This document shows positions 1 to 12,579 of a stretch of 64,000 nucleotides of DNA, in pieces. Source of the stretch: Tubiluchus corallicola. Its lineage: Eukaryota > Animalia > Priapulida. The DNA lies in assembly GCA_030141605.1 (NCBI GenBank), contig JAQGDQ010000277.1, forward strand, positions 62,001 to 126,000, read 5' to 3'. The translations under genes were made by a program, and so were the position numbers. The notes below the pieces were generated by a model, which ran no database searches, was not told the origin of the DNA, and worked only from the letters and a program-made list of their open reading frames with translations. Every line of letters starts with the position of its first letter. Within the stretch, counting starts at the first letter, position 1.

Positions 1-244
1 TTAACGTGCAAACAGTAATATATGATAATATAATTATGCTTTCTTTATCTAATTATTGGCATGAACGAACGTTTCGTTTCAAGAATGGTAACAGAACTTC
101 CTATCACCAGCTGATTAGTTAAACAATTCTTTTTTCTGAATTTGTGCTCATATTTCTACCTTTTTTAGTAGTCCCTTACACAACGTTAACCTTGTTTGGA
201 GTGACATGTAATAATAAAAACATTACAAAGCTTAAAGATGTATT

Positions 245-600
245 ACTTACAACAGCAGTGGCACAATAACGAATGATCTCTCCATTTTGGCGGCACAAGT
301 TCTAGTTTTGAAGATTGACGTTTCACTTGTCTTCTAACTTGTGTAGGAAACAGCTACTGAATGTCTTTCTGACCAGTAAACTTCGACTGAGTCAATGGCA
401 TAGTTTGTTAAAATACATGCCTTACCATTGCTGTTTTGGGTGATAGCGGTTATTTTCTGTCAATTGAGTATATTAGGTTTGCACAAAGGCAAAGTTGAAC
501 ATTCGTGGAACGCTCAGCGTGGTACAGGATTATAGTCTAATTTTAGACAAGCGTTTCTTAATAAAAGTAGTGATCAAAGTGCTTGTTGTGTGCTAAAATC
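245..600. repeat. Duplicated exon-1/promoter block, copy A (paralogous to 11095-11545)
   Basis: By-eye alignment, e.g. ggcatagtttgttaaaatacatgcctta...ttttctgtcaattgagtatattaggtttgcacaaaggcaaagttgaacattcg versus ggcacaatttgttaaactacatgcctta...ttttctgtcattgagtatattaggcttgcacaaagacaaatttgcactttcg. Confidence 0.85.
251..285 (-). CDS. First coding exon (signal-peptide start MERSFVIVPLL-) of a tandem paralog of the ZP-N/EB gene; the rest lies left of the window
   Basis: Minus strand reads gccgccaaaATG GAG AGA TCA TTC GTT ATT GTG CCA CTG CTG TT|gtaagt: canonical donor, phase 2, with the same PLL-TT|gtaagt ending as the exon at 11141-11101; upstream DNA aligns with 11095-11545. Confidence 0.65.
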
Positions 601-3600
601 ACTGAGCTCAACAACATGTATATTGCAATTGTCATTATTATTTTATATTATTGATAACGGCATTCCATTCAATTATTAATTTTTGTTACATGACCTTTTT
701 GATCAAATTATGAATTTCATTTCTATTATTTTAGAAATTAAACGAAAAAATTTAACAGGCGTTTGTTGGGAATTTGACTACGTCTTTGCAAAAACGTTTT
801 CTAGAAATTATAGCAGTGGGCGTTCAAAAATTGTTTGAATTAATTTATTTGTAAACATTTTTATGACGTTACTGAGAATGGCGAAAGCTTGTACGTCTAA
901 ACTTGTAATTTGTAAATACAGTCCATCGTTTTTAACCTGCTACTGGTTTTACATCATTGATCAATGATGCTGGCTGTGGACAACTTCACCGAATGCGCCT
1001 AGTCTGCCATATACAAGTTTACAAGGCTGGATAAGTTCCCTTTTGAGTAACGCAACTATTATTACCTTCTGTGCATTAATTAAGATGTCCTGCATTGATT
1101 CATTTCTTGAGCAGGTACAGAAATATTTTGTCTTTTAATCTAGCATTTACAAAAAGCTGAATGATATAATTATAATACTGATAAGAGAACCTGTTATTTA
1201 ATAATATTATATTAAACTGGTTTCCATCATTACATTACTGTACCATAAATTAATACATTACATTACATGACGTGACACTACGTTACACTGTTTTATATTC
1301 CACCACTTGACGTCTTCCTATTACATTAAGTTAAACAAAATTCAAACACACGCAACCCAACGTTATATAATAAAATCATATATAAGTGCCTCCAAAACAG
1401 ATAATTACTTAACATTACTAACATTTGTAATTTAGTGTTCCACTCACAATCCACAATAGTGACTTCTTATTAAGGACTAAGCTTACTTTAGAATGTTATG
1501 AACAGTTCTTCTAGTCATTAATATTGACAATGTAGGCAAATTAGCTTAATTACAAAAACAAATTTTGTTCTCCTGTGCGTTTATTGCAAAAGCTTCCTTC
1601 TCTAAGTTTATTTTACCAAAAAGAATTCAGAATTCAAAAATAATGAACATGAACTAGCTGTAAGAGGTTATAGATGTAAGTGATACACATTTTACTAGTT
1701 AGCACTTGATAAACAATTAAAACATTGATATTTCAACTTCATTATAATACAGTAAAAGTATCTAAAAATTTGGAATACAATAAAACTAAGAAAAAATTTG
1801 AGAATAATACAGTGAAACTATCCAAAAAGTTAGATCCAAACTATCCAACGCAATTAAACACAAACGTAAAATTAATGTAGTTCATATCTTGAATTAAGAC
1901 ATATCTAGAACACATCTTGAACTAAGACAACAAATTGTTCTTAATAGAACAACAGCTTATAATGCTTTTTGGATAGTATATGTTTGCGCATAAAACATAC
2001 TATGTACTAATTACGACGCTGGTGTCTATAATTTTTTTTCTATTTCATAAGACGGTAATTTAATATTAAAACTGCAATAGTCCGTAACTTGACATCAGAA
2101 ATAATCAAACTGTCAAAAATGACTGTGTCATCATGATTGAAAGATCTGAAGGAATGACGTCACTGTTAAAGGACTTTGGTTTGACGAGACGATGTTTAGC
2201 TTTACGACAATTCATCAGAAGTTAATTTCACTGAAAAACAAACAAAAAATTTATAGCCAACAATTGGTGGAAAACCAAAGATTTATTTTAGATCTGCGTC
2301 TATGAAATCATAGTTGTGGAATAATCATATAAACTTAACTCCTTGATTATTTGCATTACTAATCCAACCTTTCGTATTCATTCTGGATGGTCACAGGAGC
2401 ATTCACATTTAAGCATGTGTTAGAAAACCTTTCCATGTTAAGTACGACATGATATTACGACATGATCGAACCTGTCAAGTGATTTGCATCACATGTTTAT
2501 CAAAACTTCTTATCAGTCAAAAACTATGTTGATGCCGGCACACGGGTTTGTACAGTCACCGTGCATCTTGGCAGTGATGTAATGAAGCCTACAGCAAAGC
2601 AGACAAGTACGATGACATACAGAAAAACTATGTCAATCGAAAATAAAGCATTGGAATTATAAAGAAATGCTGTGGATACTTCTCTTTCCATTGTATTTTG
2701 CGTTGAAATAACGTTTTTGTGATGACGATAGCATAATCCCAATACCAAAACATTCAAAGTGATTGATTCAATTTTTCAATAAAATGATGATATTTTCAGT
2801 GACTGTTGTGGCTATTTTATTTCGTTGAAATTAAAATTCCCAAACGATAGAAATTATATTTCGATTTGTGCATGTACGTATATACTAAATTAAAAAAGTT
2901 TATTTTCAAATAAAAAATCTATTTTGACAGTGCAAAATTCCACAGACCACCAAAGTTCGACAGATTAGAGGCATTTGATGAAATTGATGTGTAAGGTTCT
3001 TACACATAGCTAAACTAGATATTGCTGTAGTATAGTCTGTGGGAAGGGCTTCCTACCTATCACCCCTCCTTTCGTAATATACTATAACCTATCCATGCAT
3101 AACATGATCTTGGAAAGTGCATGACACAGATATCCAGGAGAGTACAGTGTAACTGCTGAATCTGAAAGCAGCCAAAAATGCTTTAACTCTTAACTTTAAC
3201 TTTACTTTACGAAAATGGTTAAAATCCTAAACTTGATTATATAAGAGTCTGAAGCACTAAACTTGTGCACATCTACTATTTGACTGATCTAACATAAAGA
3301 GACTATCAGTGGTGATACCAAACTACTTCAGTTTTGATGTTGTGGATGGAGCTTTATTCACACTGATGAGATGTTGGAACTTTCTACGATGTGTCTTATT
3401 CTAAACTACACGGAGAGGCGTGACTAGCCACCAGTGTCCAGACGTTGTGGATTGTGGACGTATCCAGAGTCAACGACAGAGACTTGTGAGCCATTCCTTA
3501 GTTCATGTTTGATTGGTGCTGCAGCCGGCGTCATCACAGTTGATTGTTATGGCCATAGACTTGAAGTCGTTGATGTGTTGCTGTGACTGACTGGAGTGAG

Positions 3601-4699
3601 CTACGTCCGCGGACTCCTCTCCCATGTCCTTGTCCTCTCAGGGGAAGGGTTAACTGATAAGTAGACATTTTGTTTTCTTTTCACTTTGTCATTTTTGTTA
3701 TTATGCTTTTATGCGAAACTGTTATTGATAATTTAACCTGTTCTAATTTATCTAAACAGAGTAAAAAGTGAATAAAAATAGTAAACCTAATCATAATCTT
3801 TTCCTCCATTTCATAAAAGATTTTGTTGGAATGGTTGGAATCTATGTATGTCATGGTCAACATGGAAAACCATAATGCCTAAGTAAACCCCCGTAAAACG
3901 TAACATCAAGCCTTAGACCCGCTGGTTTTTCAAGTGAGCCCTTCGACATTGCAACCTCACTAAAGATATATTAATTATACCTGTGTCGTTGAATTTTGGT
4001 TCATATGCCTTGTTGCCCTCTGGAAAATTGTAGGACAACAACCGCCCACGTATGTTGCACAACCCTTTTATTGTGAATAAAAGATGACGCGACAGGGTAG
4101 TCAGATTTGTGGATGAGTTGGGAGGTAAAGAGTTGCACCCCCACCATAAAAATCTACTAGCTCCCAACATGATGAAATGAAACATTACGTTCCACTGTAC
4201 CAGGTTCTGGTCTAGGTAGTTTGATGGCATAGTCATTTTTAACGTCCTCTCCTCCATTCCAACCCCACCGACTCCAAACCCACCAAAATTGAATTCTTGT
4301 TGCATATAATAAAGTGTAATAGCAACCGTGTGTTAGGCTTATACATGTATGATGTATAATGATGATGCATAGTGTATAATGTATGATGTATAGTATACTA
4401 GTGGGTGTTTTGATTGAATTTAAATTGAATTTATGACTCCATTGTCCAGGATTTCGGGAGCAATCGAAATTTCTGCCGCACATTCTTCATGTATACACAG
4501 TACATAATATTGGTTAGATTTTCCATCTGCCCTTTCAACTGGATATTTTTAAAACTGTAACTCCTCTTTCATGTATATCCGTAACCCATCTATCGTGCTT
4601 CATCATTTTTACATCCACAACCTTGGTCTGATTGCATGAACAATCTTTTTTGCAGTTCAATGTTCGTTTTCTGTATTACGCCCCGAAGGCGTCGATTTT

Positions 4700-4812
4700 T
4701 TATCTGCCATAATTAGATAAATGCCATTGCAAGAAACCTTTTTTAACGGAAAGATCTGCTGTTATTAAAGGAAGACAGGATGATTTTTCATCTACTACCC
4801 CATTTTCAAGTC
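4700..4812 (-). CDS. ZP-N/EB gene, probable terminal exon 7 (GLENGVVDEKSSCLPLITADLSVKKGFLQWHLSNYGR*)
   Basis: ttttgtag| acceptor in phase 1 matches the end of the EB exon; TAA at 4702-4700. The total model is 801 nt (266 aa plus stop). The true 3' end is uncertain. Confidence 0.4.
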
Positions 4813-5702
4813 CTACAAAAGTATACAGTTTAACACAGTTAATACTGCAAAAGCGTTTCTGATAATAAATTAATATATTAAAAACTTAATTAACGGCGGG
4901 CGAGCCTAACTATTGATGACATCACAAACTTACACGATTTTCAACAGCAAAAATATTCCACGCATGTTTGCGAAAGCGAACATTAAAGTACAGCGCTACT
5001 GTAAGATATTCGGTGTGTTGTACTAACACTAGGTAAGTTTTAAGATGAAAATTCAATTTCAAATTTACCGCTATGCTCGCGCATGAGCTGTCGAACATGT
5101 GTACTTCGTCAGAAAGTAAGACATCTGAACTAAGAGGTACAGCACTCGTTTTTGCGTAATGCGTTTCTGAAATGCAGGCGCTAGTGTCCGTCTAACTAGC
5201 GAATGGCGAAATACATGTAACAGCGAAGAACTAGTGGCGCGAACGCGAAATTGTGTATCTGTGGCAACAATTCTTTTACGCAAGTCATTTTTGAAAAATA
5301 GTATATTTCCTTTCAATATTTTAAAGAGTAGATTGTTTTGACCTACAGTTTAAGATTGGGTACGGTTTTGCTTTAACGATGACTTAGCTCTGCTCTATGC
5401 ATACAGTACAAACAATGGGCAAATGCAGGGTAAAGCGTCAGCAGAGTCTGCCCGAAATCTCAGGAAGCCAGGTTAAGCGAAAGTAGAAAGATGCGGTACG
5501 ACACCTCTGTGTTAGCGTCGATGAATATATTTTGGCTTGTAAATAACGCAAGAAGCAAGTGCTGTGAACTTAAGCATTATACATGAACTATGTTATTATT
5601 TGAGTTAAACTTAAAAAGTAAAGAATTATTTTTAGAATTTGGCGCCCTAGACAACTGGCTAGTTTGCCTCATAGTAGAGCTGCTCTTGCACTGTACACAT
5701 AC

Positions 5703-5852
5703 CTGGTAGACATCTACGCCCTTCCTTTTCGAATCCGTCCTCGCACGAGCAATAACCATCTTCGAAAAATGGATCCATCCCTTGTTTAAGGCACACTGTG
5801 TTCGATCGTAAACATTGCATCTTGGAGTGGCATTTATCTTCCAAATCGGCGT
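5703..5852 (-). CDS. ZP-N/EB gene exon 6: EB/EGF-like six-cysteine module
   Basis: tttgtag|...|gtatgt, 150 nt, symmetric phase 1-1. Encodes ADLEDKCHSKMQCLRSNTVCLKQGMDPFFEDGYCSCEDGFEKEGRRCLP, with the C-x5-C-x6-C-x13-CxC-x2-GF-x6-C pattern of EB/EGF-like modules. Confidence 0.8.
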
Positions 5853-6392
5853 CTACAAATCACAAATATTTTCACTTTCCTAGTAGCTCCTTACTTGTAG
5901 TGGTCACGCACGGGCTTTGTTTGCACTAAAGGCCATTTACCAATAGCTTCTTTGCTCCTATCCACCACTACGCACCACTACGCACTACTACACTTCTGTT
6001 ATTTTATCAAAATTTCTCTTTTGCATCATAAGTTTTTACAAGCTATAATTCGCGATCTTTCCTAACACAGGGTACAGATCAGACCAAGCAAGTAAAGGCA
6101 AGGGAAGGCAAGGCGAAACAAGAAAAGATAAACGCTTTTATTTTAAATTGATTTTAGTAACAAATGAGCTCATGTCAGTGATGCCACTGACAGATAAATT
6201 CACTAGCCAGCTACGGTTACAACTAATAAAATGCATTTCTAAATGATTGCAGTAAAATGAATGCTGTAAAACAAGCATACAAATTGCTAATTTTTAAATA
6301 TATAAGTATAAGAAATTCTACTGTTAGTTTAGTCTAACTCAACCCACCATTGCCACGATGAAATGAGTGTTGCTAGCACTTCATATACTTAC

Positions 6393-6451
6393 TTTGCATG
6401 TAATTGGCTGCCTCGTGTTTCTCCACTCGCCGATTGCATACAGCATCATCC
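6393..6451 (-). CDS. ZP-N/EB gene exon 5: linker DDAVCNRRVEKHEAANYMQ
   Basis: tttttgttatccaattag| acceptor and |gtaagt donor; 59 nt, phase 2 in and phase 1 out, joining exon 4 to the EB exon in frame. Confidence 0.6.
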
Positions 6452-6973
6452 CTAATTGGATAACAAAAATAGCCTTATTAAAACTGTGCAATATGAATTT
6501 ACATAAATATTTTGCACTTTCCAAGAATGCACAGTTTAGGGACTGTTTCGTTTCGGCGTCACCATGTGTCGCCACCATGCAATCGTTTTCATACTGCGTG
6601 TGAGATTCTCTGCCAAGAACTCTTGGATCTGTTAACCATTTTTTCGATTTCAGAAATCATAAAGCTAAATTTGTACGAACTGAAACTCGTTTTCCATCGA
6701 TTAAGCCAACTTTATTTCTATACTTCTGCTAAAGATATTTCTGCCTGTATCTTAATTGTGAACTTACACACATCACATGGATGAAACCATCATACCCGTT
6801 AAACTTTTTTTGTCGCCATGTTAACATGTACATTAGTAGGCGATGTCGTAAGTGTTATAACTATGCTGGCTTTCAGTGTGTTAAATTGTATATCAAAACT
6901 ACAGTATTGTACACAAGTTACACACCTGTTTTAATTGCAAATACTTTCAGTTATGAAAGTAATAAATACTTAC

Positions 6974-7098
6974 ACAAAAAGCCCCATATGTTTCGTATAA
7001 CAGCCTACTATAAACGTTTCATAAAATCTTGGCCGGTTGCCTGCGGGGTTAGTCCATGGATATTCAATAGTTACAGTGTTTTGAAATTCCGTTTTTCC
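6974..7098 (-). CDS. ZP-N/EB gene exon 4: C-terminal half of ZP-N (GKTEFQNTVTIEY...ETFIVGCYTKHMGLFV)
   Basis: ttttatag| acceptor in phase 0, |gtaagt donor in phase 2; F-x-NTV-x-I strand and terminal V-x-C-Y are typical of ZP-N strands F/G. Not in the ORF track. Confidence 0.8.
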
Positions 7099-7625
7099 CT
7101 ATAAAATATCGAATTCTTTTACCAGAATACAAAATTAGAAGCACTATTATCATTGGATTAGCACTATTAGCATTGGAATCACAAGAACAAAATGTTTGGT
7201 TTTCACTGTAGCCAGGGTCTGGGCAGCACCAACACAAGATTTTCTTCCCGGTGTTGTCCAGAGGCATACCAGTAGTCTCAATAAAAGTTATATACTAATG
7301 TTTTTTCTATGTAAAATTTGTGTTAATTTAATGCTTTCTGTGTAAATTATCATTGTATGCTCATGGTAAATCTAGCAATAAATTCTAAAATTCTAATTCT
7401 AAAAAATTCTGGTCACTCCATAAACATAAAATCATCGAGTTGAGTAAGCTGTGACGTGAAGTACAAAATTTAAATTTATAAAACTATAAGAAGCGTTACG
7501 TAAGACTTAAATGAATGACTTCAACTAGTTGTTTAGACATTTAACTTAACACTAGTATTGTGTCCATTCAGGATAAACAACAAATTTTGTAAGTTTCTAC
7601 CATATGTGTTTTGCGATTCCCTTAC

Positions 7626-7864
7626 CTCATACGAGCGCCATCTTATACCACAACTCGCATCAACTTTAGTTAAAAAGTAAACAAAATGTCTGCCAGTCCC
7701 TTGTACATAGCACTGTGCGTTCTTGTCTTGGTATCCTTTGACTATTTGATCGTAAATCGACCTACGCCAGTCATTTGTTGCTGACACTATGCCATAGAAT
7801 GGTTCAACAAACTGAAACTTGACAGCCATGTAACCACAGTCTTCATCACAACTTACTTCTACAT
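7626..7864 (-). CDS. ZP-N/EB gene exon 3: N-terminal half of a zona pellucida ZP-N domain (dusky/cuticlin-like)
   Basis: cttttag|...|gtaagg; DVEVSCDEDCGYMAVKFQFVEPFYGIV...QCYVQGTG...DASCG matches the ZP-N signature V-x-C...M-x-V-x-F-x-F-x-x-PF-x-G-x-[IV]...C...G-x-G...CG. Confidence 0.85.
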
Positions 7865-8471
7865 CTAAAAGAAGAGATAATTAATGTCTCTCCTTATCAT
7901 GTGCACATTATAATTAATATCTCTAAGCAAAAAAGAATCATTTTAAGATAAGTTTTTTTGAAACAAAGATGACAACGCTGCTGATAAAGGTAAGCTTAAA
8001 ATAATAACAAGGTTTATTTTGACAAAATAGTAATATGATATATTGATTTAAAGTAAGCCTAATAAGGCACCATTTCGAAATAAGAAAGCCGTGAAGGGGA
8101 AACTCCACCAAAACTTGAGTACATTACAGACTTTTGTCTGTTTCACCATGTGTCATGTTCGATTCGTTTGTTTTTACTGGCTTGACCAGAGATTCAAATG
8201 GACATACGCATATACATACGCAGTGGTCTTCTTTGCTGACACTTAATAAAATAATTTTCTAAACAAGCAAAACTGATTAAAAATAGTGAGGCATTACTTT
8301 GGATTTGTTAAATTTAAAAAGACCGTTTTCGCAATCAATAATAGCGACATTTTTCTGTATGAAACTTTTGCGTAATTTTTGTGGAAGGGCCAGTTAGGTC
8401 CAATGTGTTAGTGCCAAAAGTGACGCCAACCAAGGAGCCTGAACTAGCAAGAATAATGTAAAGCTGTTTAC

Positions 8472-8545
8472 CTTTAACAATTTGAAGTGGTGTTTGATCT
8501 GGTACACGTCTAACGTATGAGTTATTCTGGCCGTGAACTGACAGA
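8472..8545 (-). CDS. ZP-N/EB gene exon 2 (end of signal peptide plus N-terminal extension, F-LSVHG-QNNSYVRRVPDQTPLQIVK)
   Basis: ttttttcag|...AAAG|gtaaac, 74 nt, phase 2 in and phase 1 out, in frame with exons 1 and 3. Confidence 0.75.
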
Positions 8546-9107
8546 CTGAAAAAATTGCATGTAATCATATAACAAGCAGTAATTTATATATCATATTATT
8601 CGTCGTTTGGGTGCTTATAGGCATACGTTCTAAAACATGACACGCCCCACCTGTTGACGCCAGGTGCTTCAAGTACACCTAATCCGCCGGTACTGCCCAC
8701 GATGCATCATCCCTCAAATCTAGAGGGTATTTGCTAATTTTTTTGCAGTATATCTATGAAAGTCAGTAGCTGATCTCCTTTCGGCTTTTTTGTCCTTTCA
8801 AGAGCTTCACGTAATGCTATAAATAGAGGAGTTTCCTGAAGTAGTCTTAGTACATCAGTCCCAATGCTGTCCTCTTAGTTGGATTTATTTACTCCAAGGA
8901 TTCTTCTTCACAACTTCATACAGATCATAATAATATTATTGAAATCCGTCATTTCACTGACTATGTTTCTTCTTGAAAGAAAGGCAAAAATCTATCTGAT
9001 ATAGGCTTCAGAGTGTTCCATGTATCAACTTCAACGCAACATTAAAACAATAAACGTCGTTTATAATTGTAGTTTCTCCTAAATAATATTTAGCAGAGTC
9101 GGTAGCA

Positions 9108-9131
9108 AGAGAGAGAGAGAAAGAGCGAGAG

Positions 9132-9181
<50 letters not shown>
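9108..9181. repeat. (AG)n microsatellite
   Basis: Direct reading. Confidence 0.95.
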
Positions 9182-9182
<1 letters not shown>

Positions 9183-11094
9183 GAAAGGGAAGTAATGCAA
9201 CCGAAAGCCGAAATGGAAACATAAAAGTATGAAGGGAGAAGGAGAAAAAGTGTGGTTAGAAAAAGGGATAAAGAACGCAAAGATTCCTAAATTGTAATGC
9301 CAAAAATTAATTTTGTGAATAGAATAACGGTAACTAAAAGGGAAGGAGAATATAAGTTTTACTTCATCCTCTCCTTTTCTTGAGTGCTTTTTATTGTAGT
9401 TTTATTTTTCTAGTTTGTAGAGCATATGTCTATAAAAATCTGTGCAAATGTTGTGTGCAATACTATGAAATAATTTTAACTCATTTAGTACATAAATTAT
9501 TATTATCAAATTAAATCATTAAAATTGAAATAGCGCAATCTCCTTAGTTATAATGAGACAGCTGTTTTGCACTTGCATAAGTGGTTAGCTGCATTTTAAT
9601 ACTTTTTATCCAGATATGCTTAAATTAAGTTTGATAAATTACATAAAAAATTTGTCTACACAAGCGATTTTATGTACAACTACAAAACATATAAAAGCCC
9701 CACGCAAAATATAAAAATCAAAATATCTGAAATGTTGTGAGGTTTTTGTCCATTGTAAGCCCTAAACTGTATTGTGTTTAGCTACACGTAAACGCAACAT
9801 TGAGCTGATTGGTTCTAAAATGTAACTCAGTGCGTTTTGTTGTTCACTATGCACACGATAAGGTGCTTTTGTTAAGCACAAGAAAACCCTCTACTTACAT
9901 AAAGCTTAAAAAATCGTCTTGAAATTCTATACCACTTACATACTGCCTTTTTGCACGCAGGGCTTGCGTCGGCCACAACGCTGTATATAACGTGTAAATT
10001 TAAACTCCCGCAATGAGCGTTAGGTGCAGCCATTTTGATAGTAAGTCGTTCGAAACAAGTTTAGATAACACTGGGTAAACTTTGAAAAAATAATCAGAGC
10101 ATTCGTAGTATACACGTTACTAACTAACTAAAATTTTAAATTATTGTATCTTGTCAATAAGATTAAATATACGTTTTTGGTTAGTGAGTGGCGCACCCTG
10201 GAAAGTGAGCCAGCGACATTTTACCTAGTGGCACAAACATTTTAAATTATTATTTCTAGTTACATAAGTCTTAGCAGCAGGAAAGCGAAATGCTAAGTAA
10301 TATAGATTTGCATGGAAAGTTTTTTGGGACATAGTTATACATTGCCTTTACTTCCCTGATTTACGTTTGCGTAGATGACGTCATGTAATGGCGCCGTCGG
10401 GACAGTATTGCGATAAATTTAAAATTTAAAACAAACAAAAAATCCATTCAACGCGAGTACGATATATGCATAAATATGCTGTTAGTGATATAATTTTTAA
10501 GTCGATTTTTCTGAAACCTACTTCAGGTAATCCTCATCTTATCATCTTTTCTTATCAGGTAGTCCTTTAATCTTAACATCGTCATCTGCATGCGATATAA
10601 CCGCAAAGAAACAGATGCCGTTTCCTGTTTCCTTAGGTTAGATTAGATTAGATTATTTTAATATAAATGCTACAGGAAAAATGTAAAAAACATTACACCA
10701 CACTACAATAAAAGTTGCAATAAAAATACTACTACATACATTCAGTAAATACGTTTTCGTAGTTATCAGGCTTGATGATTGCTATTTACAGACTGTTGTT
10801 GCACATCTTAAAACAACAAGATTTTTTAATTCGTACGGAGTTGTCAATAGCTAGTAGATGTTTATTGTTCACAAGTTCTAGTAATCGTTTTCTTATAATG
10901 TAACAGACTATCCTACAAAGGTGCGAAAAATTGTTAAGCATTAATGGTAGTTAAAATTTATGGCTTCCGTACAGATTTTTTTATTTTTGACAGAATATCG
11001 ACATTTTATTAATTTGGTTTTCGTGCTGTCAAAACAAACAGAAATCAAATAAAAAACATGTAATAAAAACATAGGCTTATTATAATAATTTTGT

Positions 11095-11545
11095 ACTTAC
11101 AATAACAATGGCATTATTGCGATCTTGAGCAAATTATTCATTCTGCTATCAATTGCTCTGTTCTGAAGTTTAGCGAGCTTTATCTTTTGTCTTCTTACTC
11201 TCGTAAGATGTACCAGTTGCTGCTGTCAACTTTCACTTGTGAGAAGGGAAGCGTTTTTTAATTTAGTCACCACTTTCGACGCGCTATTTATGTACTGGGT
11301 CACTAGTAGCATACTCCTTTATGACCGCTCAACTTTCACTTTGTTAATGGCACAATTTGTTAAACTACATGCCTTATAATGGTTGTTTTGATTAATGATG
11401 CTTGTTTTCTGTCATTGAGTATATTAGGCTTGCACAAAGACAAATTTGCACTTTCGCGAAAAGCAGGAAGATAGCCTTATTTGTGGACTTTTATCCAAAA
11501 TTTGTCAAGTGTTTCTTGATGATAGCACTGACAAAGTCTTGGTGG
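11095..11545. repeat. Duplicated exon-1/promoter block, copy B (paralogous to 245-600)
   Basis: Same-orientation similarity to 245-600 over several hundred bp. Confidence 0.85.
11101..11141 (-). CDS. ZP-N/EB gene exon 1: signal peptide MNNLLKIAIMPLL(F)
   Basis: ATG at 11141 and |gtaagt donor in phase 2; spliced to exon 2 it gives a typical signal peptide MNNLLKIAIMPLLFLSVHG/Q. Confidence 0.75.
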
Positions 11546-12579
11546 AATTACTATAATTAGTATTGTAGAACTTTTTAATTAAACCTTAATTTACAAATTT
11601 TGCACTTCACGTCGACGGAGTCGGATCTCAGGTACGTTACAGGGTGTGCTGCATATCAATCAACCGACCGATAGACTGATCAACTGATGGACCGAGTTGC
11701 CAACCGGTCAACTGTCTGTCCGACGAACCAACCAACTAACCTCAGTGCGTGTGGAAGGGGATTTGAAAAAGTCCTCATTACACATGGAAGGTTTTTCTTA
11801 TGGAAATACAAAGTTCTATACTCTATAGCAACGATGGCTTTTTGTGCAGATTTTACAACATTGCAGCAAAGCCCCACTTTCCATATTCTTCTGCCCTAAG
11901 AAAGTGACTATGTTCGTTTGCAAAAGGAGAAGTAAGTAAGTTCACTTACAAATGCCATCATTAATGTATACAAGCACTACTAGAATACAAAAACCGGGAG
12001 GAGTTTTCAAGTCCCCATACAAATCTAAGTTTTAGCGCAGTTAATAAATGAATGAATGAATGAATGATTGATTGAATGTTTAAGAGTTTAATAGAACAAA
12101 TGAATTATTTAATTTTTAACTATATAAATATGCCAATTAAATTTGTAATCACATTTTTTTCTAATTTGTTAAAATAAAATTAACTTTAGTTTTTTCGTGT
12201 TAAAAATTATTGCAAAGTTTTTCTTTTGATATCTACTTTGTCTCTCCCTCTCTCTGTCACTCCATCTCTCTCTCAGTCTACCTGTATGTGCCTCTCTCGC
12301 ACTTTCAAGTTGTCGTGTGTAATCATAGCACCTGTCGTTATTCTAATTCGACTACACGTTCCATTTTTGAAGTCAAGCTTATAATAATTAAATGCACTGT
12401 TTTGCGAACTGTTAACCTGTCGTCTTATCCGTCAGTTTACTAAATTGCCTTCTTGTATTTATAGTTTATACATTTTATGCATTATAATTATTTTTAATCT
12501 CTTTCTCTTTCTCTCATCATTTCCTACTCTTTCTTTAGGGTCTCTGTTTGCAAATTGTCTGTACAAACCAGACCACCCA

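Noticed and set aside
2524-2757. Minus-strand ORF with a hydrophobic stretch (IVFLYVIVLVCFAVGFI) as the TM exon of the ZP gene
   Set aside because: Position and strand fit, but I could not link it in frame past the stop at 4700, there is no clear furin site or acceptor, and AT-rich DNA yields hydrophobic ORFs by chance.
3400-4305. GC-richer patch and 130-aa minus-strand ORF as further exons
   Set aside because: No recognisable domain, stops in the candidate frames, and no consistent splice path.
4440-4760. Second degenerate ZP-N domain (VSCN...RGVI...GCG...CVY)
   Set aside because: Needs several frameshifts to assemble; the resemblance is too weak to claim.
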